A program made the position numbers and the translations under genes. 64,000 bases of DNA, taken from Chiloscyllium plagiosum (Eukaryota). The stretch is from contig NC_057751.1 in assembly GCF_004010195.1 (NCBI RefSeq), forward strand, positions 13,602,267 through 13,666,266, in the 5' to 3' direction. Shown piece by piece: positions 47,701 to 59,700 of the stretch. Below the pieces are notes generated by a model, which was not told the DNA's origin, did no database searches, and saw nothing but the letters and a program-made list of their open reading frames with translations. Numbering within the stretch: position 1 is the first letter of the stretch; the number at the start of each line of letters is the position of its first letter.

Positions 47701-50700
47701 TGGATAAGCTGAGTGACCAACGACCAGAAGAGTCTTCAGGACTCGGTCAGTTCAGTTTTTAGTAATGCTACTGAGCCACTCTTGAGATGGACATGACTGT
47801 CCCTGCCAAGAGGACATTCTCTGTCCTTGCCACCCTCAATGACTTTCAAAGTTGTGTTCAACATGGGATAATGTTAGTTCCTCAACAGAGGCAGGATGGA
47901 TGGTAATCAACAGATTTCCCTTCCCAAATCATGAGGTTCAAAGTCAACGTCAAGTATTCAGATGGTAACTCCTTTCCAACAGTCATCAATGCTGCCACTC
48001 TCTATGGTGGATCTGCTCTGTCCATGGAAAAGTGGCTCAGACAGGGATGGTGAAGAATATATATGATCCATTGTCTGTTGAACATCGGGTGAAGAGAGTA
48101 TGATATTTCCAGGATATTACTCAATTTACCTGTGGGACATGTTATGGACGAGGTCAGACCCCAAGCAGTGTTGCTCTGTAGACCAGACCAAGTTTAAAAC
48201 AGAGGATTTCCTTCCCTGAAGGATATTAGTGAACCAGTGACATTTTTAAATGATCATCTGATAGTTTCTTGGTCAGTGTTCATGACACTAGCTTTTCAGG
48301 GCAGGTTTTGTTTCCCAATAATCTTCCCATCAAACCATCCAGCTTGATTAAGTAACTGAATTCCACCAGCTGCCTTAGTTTGGAACCCATCTTCCCAGAC
48401 TATTATCCTGGGTCTTAGGATCAATGATCCAGGGAAACTGCCACTATGCTACTTGTGGATTTCACAGATGCAAATGATAACTCAAAAAAAATCCATAATT
48501 ACCCACTTCACGACAATAAGTGGAATGTGTCGTGATTGTAATGAGATCAGTCAGTGGACCTCATAGAATCTGAGGTCCCTAACTGAAGCTGTTAATGTGG
48601 TCCAATCAGGCAGCCCTGGCTGATAAGCTAGAAAAGGGAGCATTAGAGATGCTGACATTCTGTGAGCTGAAGAGGTAATATGAGGGTCAAGGACCATTCA
48701 TGTGTAAATAAAGGGTAACTTGGTGACAGGATACCGGTCTCAGTGTAGTTAACTCATAATGAAACAAATAAACTAGGAGCAGGAATAGGCTATTTGGCAC
48801 TTTGAGCCTGCTCTGTTATTCAATATTATCATAGCTGATCCTCTACCTCAATGTCACATTCCCACTTTGTCCTCCCACTCCTTGATGTCTTTAAGATCGA
48901 AAAGATTAACTATGTCTTTCCTGGATACATTCAATAAAACAGAGAAGTCACCAATGAGGCACTGAGGTATTCCACTGAAATAGATGGTGACTGAAGTTTT
49001 GCACTTCTCACTCCATTTTGGTGGACACACCAAGTCGATAGCATTAAGAGTCAACACTGTAGCCATGTAGTTACCTGTCACTGTAGACTGATCTTTCAAA
49101 TATCTGCACTGGTTGTTCTGCACTTAGTAGTCTGGGAGATACTGGTGCCAAATGGACCTTGATTCGGCTCATACAGGAGTATGACTGAAAGGTATAGGAC
49201 CAACGGTGGGGATCCTGATACAACATCTGAAGTAGGTTACCAGCAGTCTTTTGTGTGGAAGACAGCTCCTGGGGAACAACAAACATTTGTTAATAAAAAC
49301 TGTGATAGCTGAATACTGAAATACAATGGAAAATATTGCACATTTGCATCTGCTGAGTCAGCACTTCCAAAAGCTATCTCGTAGACATTCCACAAATCCC
49401 TTTTCTTGCAATTCACTACCAACCAGATTTTCCCAGTCCACTCTCAATAATAAGACAACTCCACCCCCTCTACCCCAACCTGCCTATCTTTTCGATAGGA
49501 TGTATATCCTTGAATATTCAGCTCCCAGTCCTGATCCCCTTGCAGTAACGTCACTGTGATGTCCACCATGTCATACCAGCCAATTTCGATCTGTGCCACA
49601 AGCTCATTTACCTTATTCTTTACACTGCGTGCATTCAGATATAACCCCATCAGTCCTGTATTCACCGCCCCTCTTCTCAATGTGCAGTGTGCTTGAAGTT
49701 TGATGGCTAACCCTTTCCATTTGCTCTCCTATTTATGTCTGTGCTGGAGATTTTAGTAACCTCTCCTGAGTTCTGCACTCTTGCCTCCTCCTTGAATTCA
49801 GGTTTCTGATTTCCCCCATTAACTCTCCTATTTTACAATTTCAGAAACCTTACATGAATTGAATATTTACCTCTGTGCAAACATAGACATATCTTTGATA
49901 TGAATATTATATTGTCTCATGCTTTCAATCTTCTTGTTCATATTAACAAAGAGACACAATATTTACCTTTTCATGTTTCACTGCTAAGAAATTTCAGAAA
50001 TGTTTTGCTTATTGTTATTCATCTTCTAAAGTAGAAGTAGAGTCATTGCAACAAATTGAAAGTTATAAGTTTAACGGAGGAGTCAATTCTTCAAATAAGT
50101 TACAGGCTCACGCATGTGAACACAGATGTGATTTCATGCAATTTGGTGGCTCAACATTGCTGGTGAAAATTTGGGCAGTGAATGTACTGCGTTCACTTCA
50201 GTAACCTCCGTAATCGCAAAGTTAAAATGGCTGTAGTATCTGGGAACATGAAAGGTTCACTGTTGGATACAATGCAACATATGAACCTCCCCTGAATCGA
50301 AGTTTCAATTGTTTCCAAGAAATTAACTCAAACTGTTTGGTTGATTCTTCATGTGAAGCACTTTGAGACATAGAGAGATAACAAGGATTTTTATAAATTC
50401 ATCTCGGGTTTAACAACGGGGTTCCTTGCTTTTGTCACAACTACACTCGCACACAAAAGTATTAACTTTTCCCATGAAACATTAGATCTCAAGAGTGTCC
50501 TGTCATGTTAATAACTTCTTTGCGCTTGACACAGTGGCAGGAGAACACAGTTTTCTGACTCAGACACAGCAGTACCACCGCCTAGCCACATAATTGCAGA
50601 AAGTAGCAACTTCTGGAATTTTTTTGGACCTGCAATCAATGATCTCAAAGTAGTGTTCTGACCCAGTTTATTAAAAAAAAATCAATCATACCTTGATTAG

Positions 50701-53700
50701 AGATAATTCAGTGATGCTATAGCTCATCAACTCCTTGCAACCTCAGGAAAAAAACAATGAATAGCACCTAGGTCTACAGAATGCAAGGTATTACTGTATT
50801 TTAGTAAGGTGCATTTTCTTTTCAAATTTGCAATCCTGCCAAGATGTAATGTCTATAACGCATGCTTGTCCTTTCATTTTCTCAGAGGAGGTCTCGCCAA
50901 AATTTCAAATCATAGCTGCAATAAAGCCAAATTAACAAGTCCCAAATAAAATCTCTTGTTCATTTCACAAGTTTTATTATTAAGTGTGTATGTAAGTATT
51001 TTGGTTCAAGAAGCAGGCAACAGTGTGATATTGCAAAATGTTACAATTTCATTTGAGGTTCAAGTTTAATACTTTGGTTTATTCTGGCAAATTGTTTAAG
51101 AAGAAGAATCACCAGACTTACGACTCAATCTGTACTCACAGCATGCAGAGTGACCAGAAAATCTACCCCAAAACCCTCCCAAAATTCACATGAAAATTCA
51201 ATCTTAGGAGCAACCAAGCACAGAGATGGTTCCCTGTCAGTAAAAGGGCGGAAATGTTTGAGGAAATGTTTCTATAATGCCAGGCTGCCCTGGTCTCACT
51301 CTTGAGCCTCCCTCAGACAATGCATTCCTACCCGAACTACTCACAATGTGATAAAGTTATTGCTCACATCACCTTGCCTCACTTGCGCATCACTGCTAAT
51401 CTAGGCCCTCTCGTTCTTTTGTGAGTGGGAACAACTTCTCTGAATCTACTTTATCCAGCCTGCTCCTGATTTTGAATATCTCTATTAAATCTTCTTTTGA
51501 CCGTCTTCTCTCCAAGAACAGGCTCAAGTTCTTCAATCTACCATTATAACTGAAAATTTTCATCACTGGAAATATTATTGGAAACTTATCTCCAATTGAT
51601 TCACATCTTTCCTGTGATGTGGCACTCACAACACATAGCACACAATACTCCAGCTGAGTTCTAGCAAGTGTCTGGTATAAGTTAAATGTCCTTCACTCTA
51701 ATAATAAAGCTGAGAACAATGTTCACTTTATTTACTGCTCCCTCCACTTGTTCTGCCACTGTCTGTGTATGTACACCTCCAGGTCTTTGGTCCTGCACCT
51801 CCTTTTGAATTGTACCCACTATTTTATATTGTCTCTCAATGCTCTTCTGAGCAAAATGCATCACCTCACACTTCTCGACATTGAATGTCATTTGCCACTT
51901 ATCCGCCCATTCCACTACTTATCAAAGTCCTTCTGGAGTTCCACAAAACTGGTCCTTTTTTTAAAAGCTTTTCCTTTTCTCAAGGATCCTTTTTTTTCAG
52001 AGGGGTCATAAAACATTCCAGACTCCGAAATGTCTGGTTTGGTTCAGAGATTAAAAGGTATAGAGAGGCTTTTTGTTTATACGTAAACAGGTGAGACTTC
52101 AGGCCAAAGCTTTTATGTTTTTAGAAGTAACTTGTATCAGTCAAGGGAGCATGACCAACTCTCGAGCTTAGCAGTTCAGTCCAGAACTAATGAGGGAGTT
52201 CAGCTGTGGGCTGTGTGGAAACAGGCTGCTAGACTCTCTCTCCTACTGCCCTTCTAACCTCAACCTGTCAGTCTTTGTTTCATTTTTACTGTGTTTAAGG
52301 CAGTTTGTTTGTTGGCATTGTTGTATATATTCGGAATAGCATAATTAAGTCTGTTTTGGATAGACTGAATTCTGTAGGGGTTCTTCATTCTGTTCTTTGT
52401 GTTTCATTGTGTAATTCTGAGAGTAAATTTTTGTCTGTTTTAAAACCTGGTAGTCAACCTAGCTAACTCAATCCGGGTAATTTTCACTGTGCACTTACCA
52501 AAACAAATTGCAAAGTTATGGTCTGGACGGCCTGCTTCAGAATGTCTTGAGTGGTCAGGCCTAGTCCATAACAGATGGCGGGCTATTTGTGAGATTTTAA
52601 ACCGTGAGTGGTAGGTGCTAGTGTCTTTATGTCGGGGGGTTGGTTTGGTTCGGGAGACAAGTTTTGGGATAGTAATGGTTCTTTCAGTCACCAAAAGATT
52701 TCTGGAAGTGGATGCAGTGACTTTGGAAGTTTTGCAAAAGGTGAATAAAACCAAGTTGCAGGAATTAGCAGAGAAGCTGGGGTTGGAACTGCTTGCTTCT
52801 GTGAGGAAAGGAAAAATAATTACAGCAGTAGCTCAGCATTTAAACATGCTGGAGAATCTGTAGTGATGGCAAAACTTCAACTGCAAATGAAGCAACTTGA
52901 GTTCGAGACGAGAGATAAGGAAAGGGCAGCAGAAAACAGTTTGAGCTACGGTTAAAAACAGGAGAGAAAGAAAAAGAACGAAGGGCTTGAGCAGAAGAGA
53001 AAGAAAAAGAGAGCGCGTTTGAACATCAGAAACTGACACTTAAATAGGAAAGTCAGCTTAAAAGGATGGAGATAAGGCTGAAGGTACGCTCAGTGACGAA
53101 GAGAGTGAGGATAAGCAAGCTCATGGTAGTCAGAAGCCTAGTGAGAAACTGTTGAAAGATGTCCAAACATTGCCTAAATTTAATGAGAAGGACCGTGGAA
53201 GCCTTTTTCATCTCATTTGAAAAGATGGCTAAACAAATGGCCATCCAAACAAAACTTGTAGGTAGGGATAGTGAAATCTTTTCATCACGATCAGAGGAGG
53301 TATCTGGGGAGTATGAGGAGGAGAAAAAAGTCATTTTAAATGCATATGAGTTTGTACCAGTTTCAAATAAAAAGGGCTGCAGCTTTCACCTCCTTCTTCA
53401 AGGAGAGGTGACCCCCATGCCTCCCCCACTACTCAGATCCTTACGGATCTCTGTCCATTATCCAACCTTCTGGAATCTATGTATACAATATCAATAATGC
53501 ATATGGAGCCTTGTCCCCTTTATGTTACCTCTTCCAAAAACTCTGATACATTAGTTAAACATGATTTTCCCTTCAGAAATGCATGCTGATACTTCCTCAT
53601 CAACCCCCCTTTTTCTACATGACGACTAATTTCCTCCTAATTAGTTGTTTCTCAACTTTCCCTCATCACCGAAGTTCAAGTAACTGGTCTGTAATTACCT

Positions 53701-56700
53701 TCATAATCTTTCTTGAACAAGGCCATGTTTGCAATTCTCCAGTCTTCTGGCACGACCCTTAAGTCCAAGAAGACTGAAAGGTTTCTCCTAAGATTTCCAC
53801 CCTCATTTCCTTCAAAATCCTTGAATGCATTTCCTCGAGCCCCAATGCCTTGTTGACATGATGTCCTAACAATCTCTTCAATACTTCTGCCTTATTCATT
53901 TTGAACATTTCCTCCTCTGTTGCCACTATCCTGGGCAGCATCCTCGTCTTCTGCAAGGACAAATGCAACGTGTTCACTTAAAACCTGAGATATGCCCCCG
54001 CCTCCAATGCAAATCTTCCCTTTGGCTTCGCATAAGCCCTGCTCCGGCTTTAACAACCTTCTTACGACTTATTTGCCTCTAGAAGCTTTTGGGATTTCCT
54101 TTTATATTAGCTGATAGTCTTTTCTCATGGTTTTTCTTTGCTTCTCTGATTTGCTGTTTCACCTCCCCATACACCATCAGTATTCCTGTTGATTCTCAAT
54201 TATATTTTCTGCCTTGCACCTCTCTTAGAGTTATTGACAATACTGATAAAAGTTTTTTTATTTCTACTTCGCTGTGTCCAAATAGAAACATGTGTCCAGG
54301 TGTCAACAGAAATTACCATTACCATACGAATGTATCATCCACTTCAACTTCAACTCCCCCTCCCACTCCGTCAAGGACATGCAGGTCCTGGGCCTCCACC
54401 ACTGCCAAACCGTTACCACCCGACGCCTGGAGGAGGAACGCCTCATCTTCCACCTTAGGACCCTGCAACCACATGGGACAAATGTGGCTTTCAACAGTTT
54501 CCTCATTTCCCCTGCCCCCATATTATCCCAGAACCAAGCCTCCAACTTGGACCTGTCCTCCGGACCCGTCAATCATTGCCCCCCTCTGACCTATCACCTT
54601 CTCCCTCACCTTCATCCACCTATCATTGTCCCAGCTACCTCCCCACAACCCCAAACGCCCTCCCATTTATCTCTCAGTCCCGATCCACAAGCCTTATTCT
54701 TCATGAAGGGCTTGTGTCCAAAACGTCGATTCGCCTGCTCCTCGGATGCTGCCTGACCTGCTATGCTTTCCCAGTAACACACTTTCAACTTTGATCTCCA
54801 GCATTCGCAGTCCTCACTTTCTCCGAATGTATCTTTCAGTAAATAAGTTGGTCAGAATTAAAAAGTCCCAATTTCTAAAAGGTAGCCCTTTGGGAGAGCC
54901 CTAAAAGAAATAAAACTGTCTCCTGGATTCAGTGAATGCAAGATTTGACCACAAATATTTTAATGCCACTGTTAAATAAGATGATCATTGTTCTAATTAG
55001 AGAAACAGCACCCCTCCAGGTCTAATTTGGTCAGTTTTGATCACATTGTAAGGATATGATACTTACTTCACTGTCGCTGGAAGTTGGAATGTTGCACCAT
55101 TTGGCTATAGGCTCCCGAATAATTTCCCACTGCTTACTAGCTACCTGCTCCAAGAGTTCAGCAAATGTGGATTTACCAACAGCTAAGTAAAAGCAGAAAG
55201 AAATTGGTCAATCTTCACGAAATACAATAGCATGATCATGAAGTGTTTAATAGCTTTTGTTTGCATTTTGATTACCCTGTAAGATACTCATACCAGTTCC
55301 TCCTGGCTATTTTGACCACCAAAACCAAAGCTTTCAGACTTGAAATGTTCAGTTTACTTGTTGCTCCACTGACATTGCTGGACCTGTCAGGTATTTCCAG
55401 CATTTTCTGCTTTTGTATTCAAGGTGGAGAGGAGGAGGATTTTTTTTATCTCTCAGAGGCTTGTTTGTATCTCAAATTCCTCTTCCTTACTGAGCAGTTG
55501 AAGCTACGTCACTGAATATAGTCAAGGCTGAGTTAGACAGATTTTTGATTGACAAGGGCGTCAGAGGTTAAGGAAAGGAAAATGGAGTTAAGGCCACAAC
55601 CAGGTCAGTCAAAATCTCATGTAACGACAGGGTAAGCTGGGGATGAATCAAATGGCCTCTTACTGTTCCTATTTCTTGTGTTACATTCTCATATTGTGTC
55701 AGCACTTTATGTGATCACAAGTATACTTTCCAAAAGGAATTGCTCATTCTTAAATGGATAGTGATTTACTAAAGAGTTTTGATATGTAACTGGAACAAAT
55801 AGATTAGAGTATGGCTGTTCTTTGTGTTTCTTCCTATACTATCCAGTGCTTTGAAAAACACGAAAGAGTTTCCAAAGATCTGTTTTGAAATCACCAAGAT
55901 ATTCAAACTGAATAGTAATCAGGTGGAAAATTCTATCTTGTCTGGAGTCAGACTAACACAGATTGTGGTGGTTGTGATCACTGGAGGCTCATTGTCCCAA
56001 CCCAGGTCGTTATTGCAGAAGTTCTTCAGTCGGTCCAATCATCTTCAGCTGCTTTATAAATGACCTTCATCCCATCACAAGGACAGAATCACTGACAACT
56101 GTGCAATGTTCAATACCATTATAACTCCTCAGATGTTGAACTAGTTCACAGCCATACGCAGCAAGACCAAGACAACATTCAAGATTGAGATAATAAGTGG
56201 CTTGTAACATTTGTGTCACACAGTTACCAGACAAGGATCACCTCCAGCAGAACACAATCTAACCTTGACACTGAATGGCATTACCACAGCAGAATCCCAC
56301 AGATAACATCATAGAAGTTACCAATGGACCAAAAACATAATTGGATCAGCTGCGTAGTGTGGTTACAAGAATAGGTCAGTTGGCATTTGGTTCACCACCA
56401 CAAACATTCACACCCTCCACTCAGCGTACAGTGTCGACAGTATGCATCAGGTGCACTACAGCAACTCATCGATGATGGTTTGACAGCACTTGTGCCTCTA
56501 TAGCCTCAGACAAGTGCAGCACATGCACAGGAACACAAGTTCTCCAAACAAATGCTAGCACAGCCAACCACACTCACCTCTCCCACTTGAAAAATACCCT
56601 GACATTTCTGAACATCTGTTCTTCAAGAACACAAGCTATTATTACACTGAGCATGCTTTTCACAGAACACTCACAATTTACTTATTCATATACATCTCGA

Positions 56701-59700
56701 CCTGTCCAACCCATGTAATTATAATATTATCCATTTTGGAAAGAAAGCAAATCTCTCTCCAAAATGGACACAGAATCTCAAATGAATCTGAGGAAGGGTC
56801 ACCAAACCCAAAACTTTAACTTTGATTTCTGTTCACAGATGCTGCCAGACTTGCTGAGCTTTTCCAGCAATTTCTATTTTTCCATAGAATCTTACAAAGT
56901 ACATTCCAGAAGACACATGGCCACTCTTGTGCTTTTCAGTTAATACAGAGATGACATTGTACTTATCTCGGGATGAAACTTCAGGAGACTGTCAGCAGCG
57001 CCTGTCCAAATAGATATAATGGGTTACTGTTGTGCTGTTGCTTTCTCACCATAATGTAATACAAGTAACATTCTCCTCCCTCTTGAATATTTTGTTTGAA
57101 CCTGCCTCCGCCACACTTCCAGGCAGTGCATTCTGAACCCAACCTACTCACTGTGTGAAAATATCTCTTCTCAGGTTGCAAATTGCAGCGGTTTCTTTTG
57201 AAAATTCCTTTATCCTCTTATTCTCGGTCTTTTTACATGGGTCTGGGATATCATAGCAATTACAGAAATGTGGCTCAGGGATGGACAGGGATGTGGCAGC
57301 TTAATGTTCCGGGATACAAATGCCACAGGTAGGGTAGAAAGGGAGGCAAGAGAGGAGGGGAGCGTTTTTGATAAGGGATAGCATTACAGCTGTACTGAGG
57401 GAGGGTATTCCTGGAAATACATCCAGGGAAGTTATTTGGGTAGAACTGAGAAATAAGAAAAGGATTATCACCTGATTGGGATTGTATTATAGACCCTCTA
57501 ACAGTCAGCAGAAATTGAGAAACAGATTTGTAAGGAGATCTTGGTTATCTGTAAGAATAATAGGGTGGTTATGGTAGAGGATTTTAACTTTCCAAACATA
57601 GACTGGGACTATCATAGTGTTAAGGATTAAGATGGATAATAATTTGTTAAGTGTGTACAAGAATATTTTCTGATTCAGTATGTGGATGTACCTACTAGAG
57701 AATCTGCAAAACCTGACCTACTCTTGGGAAATAAGGTAGGGCAGGTGACTGAGGTGTCAGTGGGGAAGCACTTTGGGGCCAGTGACCATAATTCTATTAG
57801 TTTTAAAATAGTGATGGAAACGGATAGACAAGATCTAAAAGTTGAAGTTCTAAATCGGAGTAAGGCTAATTTTGACGGTATTAGGCAAGAACTTTCAAAA
57901 GCTGATTTGGGGCAGATGTTCGCAGTTAAAGGGACGGTTGGAAAATGGGAAGCCTTCAGAAATGAGAGAACGACAGTCAAGAGACAGTATATTCCGGTTA
58001 GGTGTATTCCTGTGAAAGGAAAGGCTGGTAGGTGTAAGGAATGACAGAAGAAATTGAGGGTTTGGTTAAGAAAAAGGAAGCAAATGTCAAGTATAGACAA
58101 GATAGATCAAATGAATCCTTAGAAGAGTATAAAGGCAGGAGGAGTATATATAAGAGGGAAATCAGGAGGGTGAAAAGGAAACATGAGATAGCTTTGCCAA
58201 ACAGAGTTAAAGAGAACCAAAGGGTTTTTACAAGTACATTAAGGACAAAGGGTAACGAGGGAGAGAATAGAGCCCCTCAAAGATCAGCAAGGCGGCCTTT
58301 GTGTGGAACTGCAGGAAATGGGGAGATACTAAACAAGCATTTTGCATCCATATTTACTGCGGAAAAGGATATGGAAAATATAGAATGTAGGGAAATAGAT
58401 AGCAATATCTTGAATACTGTCCATATTTCAGAGGAGGAAGTGCTCGGTGTCTTGAAACGCTTAAAAGTGGATAAATTCCCAAGATTTGATCAGGTGTACT
58501 TTCGAACTCTATGGGAAGCTACAGAAGTCCCTTGCTGAGATATTTGTATCATCGATTGTCACAGGTGAGGTGCCAGAAAACTGGAGGTTGGCTAATGTGG
58601 TGCCACTATTTAAGAAGGGTGGTAAGGACAAGCCAGGAAACTACAAACCAGTGAGCCTGACATCGGTGGTGGGCAAGTTGTTGGGGGGAATCCTGAAGGA
58701 CAGGATGTACATGTATTTGGAAAGGCAAGGATTGATTAGGGTTGGTCAACATGGCTTTGTGCACAGGAAATCATGTCTCACAAACTTGATTGAGTTTTTT
58801 GAAGAAGTAACAAAGAGGATTGATGAGGGCAGAGTGGTGGATGTGAGCTATATGGACTTCAGTAAGGCGTTCGACAAGGTTCCCCATGGGAGACTGGTAA
58901 GCAAGGTTAGACCTCATGGAATACAGGAAGAACTAGCCTTTTGGAATCAGAACTGGCTCAAAGCTAGAAGACAGAGGGTGGTGGTGGAGGGTTGTTTTTC
59001 AGACTGGAGGCCTGTGACCAGTGGAGTGCCACAAGGATCAGTGCTGGGTCCACTACTTTTCGTCATTTATATAAATGATTTGGATGTGAGCATAAGAGGT
59101 ACAGTTAGTAAGTTTGCAGATGACACCAAAATTGGAGGTGTAGTGGAAAGCAAAGAAGGTTACTTCAGATTGCAACGGGATCTTGATCAGATGGGCTAAT
59201 GGGCTGAGAAGAAGCAGATGGAGTTTAATTTAGATAAATGCGATGTGCTGCATTTTTGGAAAGCAAAGCTTAGCAGGACTTATACACTTAACGGTAAAGT
59301 CCTAGGGACTGTTGCTGAACAAAGAGATTTTGCAGGTTCATAACTCCCTGAAAGTGTAGTCTCAGGTAGATAGGATAGTGAAGGCGGCATTTGGTATGCT
59401 TTCCTTTATTGGTCAGAGTATTGAGTACAGGAGTTGGGAGGTCATGTTGTGGCTGTTCAGAGCATTGGCTAGGCCACTTTTGGAGTATTGCATGCAATTC
59501 TGGTCTCCTTCCTAATGGAAGGATATTGTGAAACTTGAAAGGGTTCAGAAAAGATTTCCAAGAATTTTGCCAGGGTTGGAGGATTTGAGCTATAGGGAGA
59601 GGTTGAATAGGCTGGGGCTGTTTTCCCTGGAGCGTCGGAGGCTGAGAGGTGACCTTGTAGAGGTTTACAACATCATGAGGGGCATGGATAGGATAAATAG

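Noticed and set aside
58486..59199. 237-aa RT ORF as a possible active or domesticated gene
   Set aside because: It is one segment of a CR1 ORF2 broken by frameshifts and stops on both sides.
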